A DNA stretch of 64,000 nucleotides from an uncultured bacterium. Its GTDB lineage: Bacteria; Omnitrophota; Omnitrophia; Omnitrophales; Aquincolibacteriaceae. Where the stretch lies: the NCBI GenBank assembly GCA_964482725.1, contig CAYZYT010000004.1, positions 23,824 to 87,823 of the forward strand. The letters run 5' to 3'. The notes beneath the pieces were generated by a model. It was not told the origin of the DNA and did no database searches. It saw nothing but the letters and a program-made list of their open reading frames with translations. Below are positions 47,185 to 57,222 of this stretch, in pieces. Made by a program: the position numbers and the translations under genes. Numbering within the stretch: position 1 is the stretch's first letter; each line of letters opens with the position of its first letter.

Positions 47185-49641
47185 TTACCCGAGCGTCACT
47201 TCAACCCGGTGAGTTCTGCCGTCCCGAAGGTCAGGAATGAGATTTTCTTTTTGTTTTTTCCCATCCACCACAACCGCCTGGACCCCCTGCCCGGTTTGCT
47301 GAGGGTTTTTAACTTCGATCAGATAAGTGCTGCCACGGAAAAGACGTTTCATTTTGAACCCCGGCCATTTTTTAGGAATCACCGGATCCACGATCAGCCC
47401 TTTGGCGGTAGGACGAATCCCCAAAATCCAGTTCATGGCGACCACCTCATACCAAGCTGCGGAGCCCGTATACCAGGTCCACCCGCCTCGCCCGTTGTTG
47501 GGCGAATCCGGTCCGTCCACATTTCCGGGCGTCACATAAGGCTCGCTGTAATAAACATCCGGCTCCAGACCGCGGATTGCCGGATTGAAACTTTTGTAGA
47601 CCTGATGCGCTTGTTCGCCGTCGCGCATCATCGCCTCAGCTTGGACCGCCCAGGTGCCGGCGTGGGTGTAAAGCCCGCCGTTCTCACGAACCGAGGGAGC
47701 ATAACGCGTGATGTAACCGATCGTTGCGTCGGTCACGTTATAACCCGGCGTTAAAAGAAGCGGCCCGTATTTTTTATAGAGCCATTTGGCAGCCGAATCC
47801 ATCGCCACGCGCGCGCGTTTCGCATCAGCCACTCCTGTAATAACGGCCCACGTTTGGCAATTAAGGAAAATCTTACCGGTTTCACACTTTTTGCTGCCCA
47901 AGGGTCTTCCGTCATCGCGTGTCGCACCCAAATACCATTCCCCGTCCCAACCTTCCGTGTTAAGCACCTTTTTCATCGCTTCCGCGCGACGAAGATATTC
48001 CACCGCTTTTTCTTTATCGCCGCGTTTTTCCATGAGGGGGGTTATTCGGTTCAGGATCCCGTAAAGAAAGTGCCCCAGCCAGATCGACTCGCCTTTCCAT
48101 TTATTGCCGACATGGCTTAGCCCGTCGTTCCAGTCACACTCGCCAATGAGCGGCAATCCGCGCGGCGAAAACCTTGTGAGCGCTTTGTCGATCGCCCGGA
48201 GCAAATGGTCGTAAAGAGTTCCTGAGGTTACCTCTTTGGTCTTCGGATCCGGCAGAAATTTTACGACAGCATCCAGGATCGCATCATCCGCCGTTTCGTC
48301 CAGATAGTTCAGCGTGATAAAATCAAGCCACAGAAGATCGTCCGAGCAATGCGTGATGGCGCCCATATTCGTTCCATGATGCCACCAGTGATAGACCGTC
48401 CCGTCCGGAAATTGCTGCTCCGCGTGAAGAAGGATCTGTTTTCTTGCGAGCTCAGGCCGCGTCGCAAAAAAGATCTGGCAATCCTGCAGCTGGTCCCGGA
48501 ATCCGTAGCCCCCGCTTGACTGATAATAGGCGCACTTGGCCCAGATACGCGCAGAGATCGCCTGGTATTTCATCCAGGTGTTTGTCATGAAATTGAGAGA
48601 CTCGTCCGGCGTCTCCACTTCAGAGGCATGGACAAAAGAATCCCAAAGCGCCTTGACCTTATTAAGCTCCGGTTCCACAGTTCTGGGGGTGGAATATTTT
48701 TGCATGATCCGTTCGGCTTCTTCCCGGGTGCGCGTGGAACCCAGCGTGAAGATCACGGTCTTGGATTCCTTCGGGCCAAGCTCCACATCCACCTGAAGGC
48801 TTGCCGATGCATCGCCCCACTTCCCTTCCGAATCACGGCATTTTCCCTCCACCACCGCCGCCGGCGCATGGATCTCGCCGTAACGTCCGAGGAAAGATTC
48901 TTTGTCGCCATCATAGGCCACAGGCTTGGGATACGCTGAGTGAAACCCTTGGAGCGGTTTTTCGGTCATGCCAGTCGAGATAAATCCCGGCACGAGGGGG
49001 GCTCGCTTGACGCCGTGGATACAGCCGAACTTTTTATCGATCCAGGTCTCTATGAAGGTTTTGTGGAACTCGCGATGCGTGTCGGACCAGTTGCCGAGAC
49101 ACCAGTCGAAATAGGTGAAAAGGCTCAGACGTCTTTTTTTTCCGGACTGATTCGTAAGAACGACCTTCCAAACTTCGACCGGGTCTTCCACATCCACAAA
49201 GATCGTTTTTTCAAAACGGATGCCGTTGAGCTTGCTGGTCAGGATCGAGTATCCCTGGCCGTGGCGCACTTCGAAAAAATCATACTTCGGCATGCACGGC
49301 TTCCAGGTCCCGGACCAATAATCGCCGTTATCCCGGTCTCGCACATAAATATATTTGCCCCAGTTGTCGCGAATGAGGTCCTGGTCCCATCGCGTGACCC
49401 GCGACAGGTTCGAATTGTCTCGCCATGAAAAACCGGAACCGGTCTGGGATTCAATCGTGCCGTAGTCTCCGTTCGAGATCACATTCACCCACGGGCGCGG
49501 CGTATCGGGACGCGTGATGACGAACTCACGCCCATCAGCCGTAAAGTAGCCGTATTTTGAGGCAAATTTCTTTTCGATGCCGTCTTCCTTTAAAAGCATT
49601 TTTGCTTCCGCTTTTTTTCTTTCTTTCGACTTTCTGGGCAT
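47185..49641 (-). CDS. GH94 glycoside phosphorylase
   Basis: TPRPWVNVISN, YYQSSGGYGFRDQLQD, SDDLLWL, DWNDG, RENGGLYTHA, EPYV, GGWTWYTGSA. Confidence 0.92.
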   Translation of the reverse strand: MPRKSKERKKAEAKMLLKEDGIEKKFASKYGYFTADGREFVITRPDTPRPWVNVISNGDYGTIESQTGSGFSWRDNSNLSRVTRWDQDLIRDNWGKYIYVRDRDNGDYWSGTWKPCMPKYDFFEVRHGQGYSILTSKLNGIRFEKTIFVDVEDPVEVWKVVLTNQSGKKRRLSLFTYFDWCLGNWSDTHREFHKTFIETWIDKKFGCIHGVKRAPLVPGFISTGMTEKPLQGFHSAYPKPVAYDGDKESFLGRYGEIHAPAAVVEGKCRDSEGKWGDASASLQVDVELGPKESKTVIFTLGSTRTREEAERIMQKYSTPRTVEPELNKVKALWDSFVHASEVETPDESLNFMTNTWMKYQAISARIWAKCAYYQSSGGYGFRDQLQDCQIFFATRPELARKQILLHAEQQFPDGTVYHWWHHGTNMGAITHCSDDLLWLDFITLNYLDETADDAILDAVVKFLPDPKTKEVTSGTLYDHLLRAIDKALTRFSPRGLPLIGECDWNDGLSHVGNKWKGESIWLGHFLYGILNRITPLMEKRGDKEKAVEYLRRAEAMKKVLNTEGWDGEWYLGATRDDGRPLGSKKCETGKIFLNCQTWAVITGVADAKRARVAMDSAAKWLYKKYGPLLLTPGYNVTDATIGYITRYAPSVRENGGLYTHAGTWAVQAEAMMRDGEQAHQVYKSFNPAIRGLEPDVYYSEPYVTPGNVDGPDSPNNGRGGWTWYTGSAAWYEVVAMNWILGIRPTAKGLIVDPVIPKKWPGFKMKRLFRGSTYLIEVKNPQQTGQGVQAVVVDGKKQKENLIPDLRDGRTHRVEVTLG

Positions 49642-49677
49642 GATGACAAAAACTCCTTGGTTTTTTAAAATAGTTTT

Positions 49678-50973
49678 TTATTCGGCTTGCTGCAGTTGGG
49701 CATCGACCTCGGGGGCCAGTTCCTTGGCGGCTTCCGCGGCGGTTTTCTTCCCGCTAAAAACAAGATCCATTTTGGGGCGGATATACTTCTCTTCTATCTC
49801 GCGCCATTTGGGATGAAAGGGGCTGAAGACCGCGTATTGAACCGCTTCGTTGAGCATCTTCTTGTTTGCGGGCGCCGCCGGGTCTCCGGCAAAAGCATCG
49901 CTTTCTGCCACCGAGATGCGGGCAGGTTGCGCAAGACCGCGCTTGGCGAATTGCCTCTGCCCTTCAGGTCCGGTCAGGGCCTTGATCACTTCCCAGGCTT
50001 CTTTTTTATGTTTTGAAGACTTGAGGATTGCATAACCCGTCCCTCCGGTCCCGAACGCGCGAACACCTTTGTCGTTTTTGGGGAACATCACCACGTCCCA
50101 TTCAAATTTGTAGTTCCGGAATTGCGGCGCTTCCCAAATGCCGGAGAGGAACATTGCGATACGCCCGCTCGCGAACATGCGGTCGACGCTCATCCCGAAA
50201 TTCATATAGGCCGTGGGCGTTGGCATCGCCTCATAAAGATTGCACAGGTCGGCATAAAATTGAAGTCCCATCACGGAGCGATCGTCGGCCAGCAGGGTCT
50301 TCGTAGGCTTTTTGACATTATCCACAAGCCCTCCGCCGTTCCCATAAATGAAATTCTGCCAAGCCCAGGTGAAAAAGCCGTATTGGATCACGCGTCCGGC
50401 GTCATCTTTCTTGGTCAGCTCGCGGGACAAGCGAAGGAAATCACTCCAGGTCCAAGCGTCGGTCGGATAAGGGATTTTGGCTTCATCAAAAAGCTTTTTA
50501 TTATAGAAAACGCACGCGAACGGAGCGATGTCTCGCGGGATCGCCAGTAGTTTTCCTTGATAGGTAAAGCGATCGATGATCTGCGGGAAAAAATCTTTCT
50601 TATCAAAACCTTTTGTGTCGGAGAGTTCATACGGCGTCAGGTCTTCCAGAACGCCTTTGGTCGCAAATGTCACGAAATAATCGACCTCGGTGGCGATAAT
50701 GTCGGGAGCCGCGCCTCCCGCGATCCGCGTAAGGATCTTGCTGATGTATCCCGTATAGGGCGTGTGTTCGAAAACGAGCTTGATCTCAGGATGCTCTGCC
50801 TGCCAAGGAGCAAGAGCCTCGGTAATAATGCCGATCTCTTCGGGCGTTCCCCAGAAGCTCACCTTCACGTCTGTGGAGCCTTGACTCCCTGTCTCAACCG
50901 GTGACCCGCAGCCGGCCAAAAAAAAGATTGTTAAAAGAATGGAAAAACCCTTCGCCCAAAAACTTTTCGACAT
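49678..50973 (-). CDS. ABC-type sugar-binding lipoprotein
   Basis: Lipobox LAGC; APDII, VFYNKKLFDEA, WTWSDF, FASGRIAM, EAWEVIK. Confidence 0.9.
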   Translation of the reverse strand: MSKSFWAKGFSILLTIFFLAGCGSPVETGSQGSTDVKVSFWGTPEEIGIITEALAPWQAEHPEIKLVFEHTPYTGYISKILTRIAGGAAPDIIATEVDYFVTFATKGVLEDLTPYELSDTKGFDKKDFFPQIIDRFTYQGKLLAIPRDIAPFACVFYNKKLFDEAKIPYPTDAWTWSDFLRLSRELTKKDDAGRVIQYGFFTWAWQNFIYGNGGGLVDNVKKPTKTLLADDRSVMGLQFYADLCNLYEAMPTPTAYMNFGMSVDRMFASGRIAMFLSGIWEAPQFRNYKFEWDVVMFPKNDKGVRAFGTGGTGYAILKSSKHKKEAWEVIKALTGPEGQRQFAKRGLAQPARISVAESDAFAGDPAAPANKKMLNEAVQYAVFSPFHPKWREIEEKYIRPKMDLVFSGKKTAAEAAKELAPEVDAQLQQAE

Positions 50974-51069
50974 GCGGAATTCCCTTCGTTTGAAAGGCTT
51001 TTATCGGCTTTGCGAGGAATTTCTTTTTCTAAGGATAAGAACCGTATACAAAAGCGATAAAGTTTGGAA

Positions 51070-51079
51070 ATTATAGCAC
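51070..51079 (-). promoter_or_regulatory. Putative extended -10 promoter (TGcTATAAT) for the sugar locus
   Basis: Reverse complement of attatagcac is gtgctataat, ~97 nt upstream of the binding-protein start. Confidence 0.45.
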
Positions 51080-51152
51080 GGGCGCTAGGCCCTCTGTAAA
51101 GGCTCTTTTCTCGCTCTTTTGTCCGTTATGATAGAAGACGCCTCGCCCAAGA

Positions 51153-52097
51153 TCAGCCTCGCGGTAAACCGATCTTCTGGAGAACGCGGTCGAGGTCGTC
51201 CAAAGAAAAATACTGGATCTCAACGCGCCCTTCCTTCTGGTTCTTTCGCGGGTAGATCTTCGCCTGCGTCCCGAGGAAATGCGTGAGGCGTGTTTCAAGG
51301 TCCACGATCTCGGCGCTAAGATGCCGGGCGGTTTTCGCTTTGCGTTTGTGGGCATTGCTTCGATTGACAATCGCTTCGACCTGGCGGACCGACAAATTCT
51401 CCTCGACGATCCTTTTGGCCATTTGCCGCTGATGCTCCGGAGACAGAAGGCCAAGAAGCGCGCGGGCATGTCCCGCCGAAAGCCTACCGTCCGCCAAATA
51501 TTGTTTCACTTCCGGAGGTAGACGTAAAAGCCTGAGCGTGTTCGTAACCGTCACGCGGTTCTTCCCCACTCGTTTCGCCACTTCTTCTTGAGAGATTGTT
51601 CTCTCTTCCACGAGCCGCTGATACGCTTCCGCCTCTTCTATGGGATTCAGGTCTTCGCGTTGAATGTTTTCGATCAGCGCCCACTCCAAAAAATCTTCCT
51701 CGGCAATATCTTTGATGATGGCGGGCACTTCCGCAAGCCCGCAAAGCGTCGCGGCCCGGAATCGCCGCTCACCGCACACGATCTCAAAATTGCCGTCGCT
51801 TTTCTTTTTCACAATGATCGGCTGTAACACGCCTTTTTCGCGAATAGAGTTGGCGAGCTCCTCGATGGTCTCTGCGTTGAAATTTTTACGCGGCTGGTCT
51901 GCGTTGGGCGCGATGCGGGATATGGGTATCAGCTGAAACGCCGCCTCTTTTGTTGAAAGAACGCTTGTCTGGACGCTTTCTGGTTCCGTCGTGAGGGTCG
52001 CTGTTGCAGAAGAAAGATCCTTTTCTGTCGCGGCTACATGATCTTTGTAGCTATCAGGGATCAGCGCGCTTAATCCTTTACCTAGAGCCTTTTTCAT
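51153..52097 (-). CDS. parB: Chromosome partitioning protein ParB
   Basis: ALGKGLSALI, QPRKNF, GVLQPI, GERRFRA, ENIQREDL, HTH, GHARAL. Confidence 0.97.
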   Translation of the reverse strand: MKKALGKGLSALIPDSYKDHVAATEKDLSSATATLTTEPESVQTSVLSTKEAAFQLIPISRIAPNADQPRKNFNAETIEELANSIREKGVLQPIIVKKKSDGNFEIVCGERRFRAATLCGLAEVPAIIKDIAEEDFLEWALIENIQREDLNPIEEAEAYQRLVEERTISQEEVAKRVGKNRVTVTNTLRLLRLPPEVKQYLADGRLSAGHARALLGLLSPEHQRQMAKRIVEENLSVRQVEAIVNRSNAHKRKAKTARHLSAEIVDLETRLTHFLGTQAKIYPRKNQKEGRVEIQYFSLDDLDRVLQKIGLPRG

Positions 52098-52133
52098 GTT
52101 CGTAACTCCTTATTTATAAACAAGTTGTGTGTT

Positions 52134-53027
52134 TTATGAATTTGTTTGAGCAGGTTGGGATTGTTCCGCTTCCGGCGCTGGCGCCGGCACCTTTCCCTCT
52201 TCTGAAACAGGAGAAGCGCTGGCCTCCTTTGCGCTCGCAGCAAGACTGTCGCGATCTTCGTCTGAACCAAAACGCATTAAAAATTCTTTTCCGAGCTCTG
52301 TATAGGCCAAAGAGCCTCGGCTGTGCGGGTCATAAATAACCGCAGGCTTTCCAAAGCTCGGTGCCTCGGAAAGCTTCACAGACCTTGGGATCACGCTCTG
52401 AAAGGTCTTTTCTTTAAAATAATTCCGGACCTCTTGTATAACCTGTTGCGTCAAGTTGGTTCGGACGTCTGCCATCGTCAATATCACGCCCCCAAGCTCA
52501 AGGTCCGCGCTCAGATTTTTTTTGACAAGCTGATATGTGTTTAGAAGTTGTCCAAGTCCCTCTAACGCATAGTATTCGCATTGAAGCGGTATGATTATAT
52601 AACCACTTGCTGTTAAAGCGTTTATGCTTATAAGACCAAGTGATGGCGGGCAATCCAGAAGAATATAGTCATAATCACTAGAAATCTTTTTTAGCTGCTC
52701 CCTGAGAACAAACTCTCTTTTCTCTTGTCCAATTAGGTGCATCTCAGCTCCGGCAAGGTGCGCGTTCGAAGGTATAATCCATAGATTTTCTATGGCTGTA
52801 TTTTTGATGCTTTCTTTTGGGTCTGAGTTTTCCACAAGAAGTTGATAAGCTGTGGATTCGTTTTCGTTTTTCTCGATCCCAACACCGCTCGTAGCATTAC
52901 CTTGTGAGTCGAGATCTATTATTAAAACTTTCTTCCCGAGACAGGCTAACACAGTCGCTATGTTAACCACGGAGGTTGTTTTCCCGACACCGCCTTTTTG
53001 ATTAAAAAATGAGAATATTTTCCCCAT
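52134..53027 (-). CDS. parA: Chromosome partitioning ATPase ParA/Soj
   Basis: NQKGGVGKTT, DLDSQGNAT, DCPPSLG, QCEYYALEG, LSEAPSFG. Confidence 0.97.
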   Translation of the reverse strand: MGKIFSFFNQKGGVGKTTSVVNIATVLACLGKKVLIIDLDSQGNATSGVGIEKNENESTAYQLLVENSDPKESIKNTAIENLWIIPSNAHLAGAEMHLIGQEKREFVLREQLKKISSDYDYILLDCPPSLGLISINALTASGYIIIPLQCEYYALEGLGQLLNTYQLVKKNLSADLELGGVILTMADVRTNLTQQVIQEVRNYFKEKTFQSVIPRSVKLSEAPSFGKPAVIYDPHSRGSLAYTELGKEFLMRFGSDEDRDSLAASAKEASASPVSEEGKVPAPAPEAEQSQPAQTNS

Positions 53028-53039
53028 ACACCCTCCAGA

Positions 53040-53055
53040 TGTTTCACGTGAAACG
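53040..53055. promoter_or_regulatory. parS site (15/16 match)
   Basis: TGTTTCACGTGAAACG versus consensus TGTTTCACGTGAAACA. Confidence 0.9.
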
Positions 53056-53339
53056 TTCTTTATTGTGGCGCTCGTTTAACCCTATAATGCTTGGCTTGTA
53101 ATACATCGGCCTGTCTTTCTCATATTTTACATATATTTTCATTCCTGGCAATTTAAATTTGTTTTAATCGCGGCCCTATAAAATTCTCCCTGTGAAGTTT
53201 CAGCGATCAGCAAATCGAAAATCTCTTGATAAAGACTTCGTTCCAAAAAAATCAAAGCGGGAGCCGCTAGCTAAAAAAACGCGCTGAAAGCCTCGCTTGA
53301 CGCTTTTCTTTCTAGCCTTTCTCGATTTGTTTTCACCCA

Positions 53340-53355
53340 TGTTTCACGTGAAACA
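53340..53355. promoter_or_regulatory. parS site (perfect)
   Basis: TGTTTCACGTGAAACA. Confidence 0.95.
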
Positions 53356-53672
53356 TGGTATATGTTCCAAATAAAAACTCGTAACTATCCTAATATCATA
53401 GCGATGCCAATTCATAGTTTTGTCGCTATCAAATGAAAGGCTTGCAATTGCTCACGTTGCGCATCAAGTTCGAATTCTTTCGGACTCATTTATCAAGCGG
53501 TGGCCAATTCCTCTTTGTGGGCCTAATAAATCCTTTCGCTTTGCGCTGGAATGTTTCGTCTGGAGCGGATTCCGCTGCATTTGGAGGAAGGCTTTGCCAC
53601 AGCGAGGCTCTTTGCTATGGAGGCCTCGGACAATGCGCGATGGGCTTTGGGAAAGTCTCGCTGGAAGAACTT

Positions 53673-55499
53673 CTACTTCTTGAGGGCGTCTTGCTTCTTT
53701 TTCTCGATAAAAACAGCTAAGAGGGAAAGATCGCAGGAGGATATTCCGGGAAGGCGCGCCGCCTGACCGATTGATTCGGGTTGAATTTTTTTTAGTTTTT
53801 CTTTGGCCTCTCGACCGATCCCAGGAACTTCATCGTAATTCAAGTTTGCGGGTATTTTTCTTTTTTCAATTTTTGAAAATTTCTGAACTTCTCGCCTTTG
53901 TTGCGCAATATATCCTTCATATTTTATTTCCGTTTCAACGCTGTGAATTTCATCGTCAGACAGGTTGCAGGAGTGTAACCCGTTTGAAATGAGCTGCTTA
54001 TAACCTACTGTTGGACGCTTTAGATATTGATAAAGCGTGTCGTTTCCTATTTTTTTTGTTTTAAGCTCCCGCATGTCGTTCTGTATCCGGTCCATGCGTC
54101 CATTAAATTCTGCGAAGTCTTTTTCCGAAATAAGATCGAACTGGTGTCCGTAGAACATAAGTCTTTCGTCGGCGTTGTCCTGCCGGAGTAGCAACCGGAA
54201 TTCGGCTCGCGATGTGAACATCCGGTAGGGCTCGTTGGTGCCGCAAGTTACGAGATCATCGATCATCACCGCAATATAGGCCTCGGTCCGATCAAGCACA
54301 AATTCGCTGCTACCGCAAAGCCTGCGAATAACGTTGAGGCCGGCCATTAACCCCTGAGCCGCGGCTTCTTCATAGCCGGAAGTACAGTTGATCTGGCCCG
54401 CAAAGTAAAGATTCCGGATTTTCTTTGTTTCTAGAGAGTGTTTCAGTTGGGTCGGCGGAGCTGCGTCATATTCGATGGCATATCCAAACCTCAGGATCTC
54501 GGCGTCCTCAAGCCCTCGGATCTCATGAAGGGCCGCTTCCTGGACGTCTTTAGGAAGCGAAGTTGAAAAGCCGTTCACGTAGATCTCAAAAGCATCGCGC
54601 CCCTCAGGCTCCAAATAGATCTGATGACTTTTTTTATCTTGGAATTTCACGACCTTGTCTTCCACCGAAGGACAATACCTTGGCCCAACTCCCAGGATCT
54701 GTCCGGCATAAAGCGGGGAACGATTTAAATTTTTACGGATGATGTCATGGACTTTTTCGTTGGTGTGCGTTAAATAGCAGGGAAGTTGCTCGACGCTTAG
54801 TTTTTTTGTTCGATAGGAAAAAGGATGGGGAGGCTCATCGCCTCGCTGTTCTTCCAACAACTCCCAACGAATGCTTTTCTGATGGAGGCGGGGAGGCGTT
54901 CCGGTTTTGAAACGGACGAGCTCGATCCCGTGGCTCCGGAGCGATGCGGAAAGTCCGATCGCGGGCGGCTCATCGCGTCGGCCTCCCGGTGTTTTTTCTT
55001 CTCCGACATGGATCAACCCCTGCAAAAAAGTGCCTGTGGTCAAAACCACGCTTTCGCCTAAAAAGGTTTCGCCTTCTTTCGTGCGAACGCCATAGCACGC
55101 GCCGTCTTTAACCAAGAGATCCACGACCTGTCCTTGCCGGAGGGTAATGTTTTTTTCCGCCTCGAGCGCGCGCTTCATATAAAGCTCGTATTGGTGTTTG
55201 TCCGCCTGCGCTCGCGGCGCCCACACGGCCGGCCCCTTGGACTTGTTGAGCATGCGGAACTGGATCCCTGTCGCATCCGTCGCAAGACCCATTTCACCGC
55301 CAAGCGCATCGATCTCGCGAACCATGTGCCCTTTGGCAAGTCCGCCGATCGCCGGGTTGCAGGACATGCGCGCGATGGCATTCGTATCCATAGTGATCAC
55401 AAGGACAGGGAATCCGCATCGTGCAATGGCCAGAGAGGCTTCGACGCCGGCGTGTCCGGCGCCGACAATGATGGCGGCGTATTTTTGGGTGGAATTCAT
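53673..55499 (-). CDS. mnmG: tRNA uridine 5-carboxymethylaminomethyl modification enzyme MnmG/GidA
   Basis: VGAGHAG, MSCNPAIGG, KTGTPPR, GPRYCPSVEDK, AGQIN, PYRMFTSRAE. Confidence 0.97.
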   Translation of the reverse strand: MNSTQKYAAIIVGAGHAGVEASLAIARCGFPVLVITMDTNAIARMSCNPAIGGLAKGHMVREIDALGGEMGLATDATGIQFRMLNKSKGPAVWAPRAQADKHQYELYMKRALEAEKNITLRQGQVVDLLVKDGACYGVRTKEGETFLGESVVLTTGTFLQGLIHVGEEKTPGGRRDEPPAIGLSASLRSHGIELVRFKTGTPPRLHQKSIRWELLEEQRGDEPPHPFSYRTKKLSVEQLPCYLTHTNEKVHDIIRKNLNRSPLYAGQILGVGPRYCPSVEDKVVKFQDKKSHQIYLEPEGRDAFEIYVNGFSTSLPKDVQEAALHEIRGLEDAEILRFGYAIEYDAAPPTQLKHSLETKKIRNLYFAGQINCTSGYEEAAAQGLMAGLNVIRRLCGSSEFVLDRTEAYIAVMIDDLVTCGTNEPYRMFTSRAEFRLLLRQDNADERLMFYGHQFDLISEKDFAEFNGRMDRIQNDMRELKTKKIGNDTLYQYLKRPTVGYKQLISNGLHSCNLSDDEIHSVETEIKYEGYIAQQRREVQKFSKIEKRKIPANLNYDEVPGIGREAKEKLKKIQPESIGQAARLPGISSCDLSLLAVFIEKKKQDALKK

Positions 55500-55510
55500 A
55501 AAAACTTCAG

Positions 55511-55583
55511 GGTGAAGGAGGGCGGATGGAGGCTGGTGTAAAATCAGGCTTTGCGCCTTCCTCCATCCTCAATCCGTCTTCCT
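55511..55583. repeat. Intergenic GGAGG/CCTCC-rich hairpin (yidC-mnmG)
   Basis: gaaggagggcggatggagg ... gcgccttcctccatcctcaatccgtcttcc. Confidence 0.7.
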
Positions 55584-55587
55584 GTTT

Positions 55588-57213
55588 TTATTGGTCTTCG
55601 TGGTGCAGAACGATCACGATACGATTAATGAAGGTCTGCTGGATGATCGAAAAAACGTTTTGCAGGGTCCAATAAAGCGTGAGCCCTGACGGCATGTTGT
55701 AACAAATAAACCCGAAAAAGATCGGCATGATGTTCATGATGGTCTGCTGCTCCGGGCTCGAGCCGGGCTGCGCGGGCATGAGCTTCTGATACCAGACCTG
55801 GGAGATCGCCATCGTAAGCGGCAAAATATTGAGCGCGTTCCATCCTAAAAAGGGGACCGTAAAAGGAAGTGTCATGAAATGATCCGGCGCGGAAAGATCT
55901 TTGATCCAACCGATGAACGGAGCTCCGTGAAGCTCGATCGCCTCAGGCAAAAGCTTGAACATGGCAATAAAAACCGGGATCTGGATCAGCATGGGAAGAC
56001 AGCCCATCATCGGATTCACTTTGTTCCGCCGGTAAAGCTCCATGAGCGCCTTCTGGGATTTCGCGGGATCTTTCTTGTTGTGCTCTTGGATCGCTTTCAT
56101 CTTCGGCGCCAAGATCTGCATTTTTTTCATGCTTGCGTAGCTGATGTGCGTGAGCGGCGCAAAAAGCAGCTTGATGAGAAAGGTCAGGATCACAAGCGCC
56201 CACCCAAAATTATGCGTGTACTGGTTCAGGAATTTCAGAACCGAGAGAATGCCCGTCTTGAAAAGCCCGAAGAATCCCCTGGAAAAAACTTCTTCGAAAC
56301 CCACCCCAAAACTTTTGAGCACCTCATAACGCTGCGGCCCGGCATAGATCAAAAAGCTTCTCTCTCCTTCGCCTCCCGCGGGCACCGTGAGGGGTTCCAG
56401 CGTCATTTGTCCCCAAAGATTTTTTTTGTCGGCCTTGGCGCTTCCCTCGATGATCTTTCCGTCCGGCTTCACGAGCAGCGCAAAATACTTTTTAATGAAT
56501 CCCGCCCAGGCGGTCGGGTCCGGAAAAGAAAATCCTTTTTTCCTAACGCCTGAAAGATCCTTAGTTTGAACCTTGTCGGTATAGGCCACCGCATCGTAAT
56601 AACCGTAATTTTTCTGATAGCCTTCCTCGTAGCTCATCGCATAATTCAGCGTCACGGGAAAATGCTTCTCTCTCCCGGAAAGATTCTTGATCCGGACGAC
56701 AAGATCGATCACGGGCTTGTTTTCACGGAACAAGTACGTCTTCGTCAGCAAATATTCCCCGGGCAGCTCGTAAGAAAACTCCACGCTTTCGCCTTTGCGC
56801 ACCATTTTAAAAATCGTTTCCGCAAGATCCGCTTTTTCATGCAGCACGCTCACGCCAAAAAGACCGGACTCTCGAGGATCCCCAGAAAAAAAGGTCGTTT
56901 TTGTAAAAGCCTGCCGGCCTTTCTCTCCCAGAAACGAAAGAGACGCGATCGTGCCCCCCAGCGTAGAAAACTCTGCTTTGTAGAAAGAATTCTCCAGAAA
57001 CGCAAGAGCCGGGGCCGCCGCTTTTTCCAGCGCCGTTCCTTTGGAAATGGCGAGGGGCGTCTCTTCCTTGATGGGGGCGGGCGCGCTTTGTGAGACGGCC
57101 GTTTTCGCGGACGTTTTTTGCTGCGGGACCGGATAGAGTTTTTTGACGAGCATGGGATAAAGCAACATGACCATCATGGCAAGCACGATCGCTTTTACGG
57201 TGTTTTTATCCAT
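55588..57213 (-). CDS. yidC: Membrane protein insertase YidC
   Basis: N-terminal TM, large periplasmic domain, NFGWALVILT, NPMMGCLP-LIQIPVF, PSGLTLYW. Confidence 0.96.
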   Translation of the reverse strand: MDKNTVKAIVLAMMVMLLYPMLVKKLYPVPQQKTSAKTAVSQSAPAPIKEETPLAISKGTALEKAAAPALAFLENSFYKAEFSTLGGTIASLSFLGEKGRQAFTKTTFFSGDPRESGLFGVSVLHEKADLAETIFKMVRKGESVEFSYELPGEYLLTKTYLFRENKPVIDLVVRIKNLSGREKHFPVTLNYAMSYEEGYQKNYGYYDAVAYTDKVQTKDLSGVRKKGFSFPDPTAWAGFIKKYFALLVKPDGKIIEGSAKADKKNLWGQMTLEPLTVPAGGEGERSFLIYAGPQRYEVLKSFGVGFEEVFSRGFFGLFKTGILSVLKFLNQYTHNFGWALVILTFLIKLLFAPLTHISYASMKKMQILAPKMKAIQEHNKKDPAKSQKALMELYRRNKVNPMMGCLPMLIQIPVFIAMFKLLPEAIELHGAPFIGWIKDLSAPDHFMTLPFTVPFLGWNALNILPLTMAISQVWYQKLMPAQPGSSPEQQTIMNIMPIFFGFICYNMPSGLTLYWTLQNVFSIIQQTFINRIVIVLHHEDQ

Positions 57214-57222
57214 AGTGTTTCC

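Noticed and set aside
53420-53766. Short plus-strand ORFs next to parS, or an rsmG remnant
   Set aside because: No methyltransferase motifs or coding signal seen
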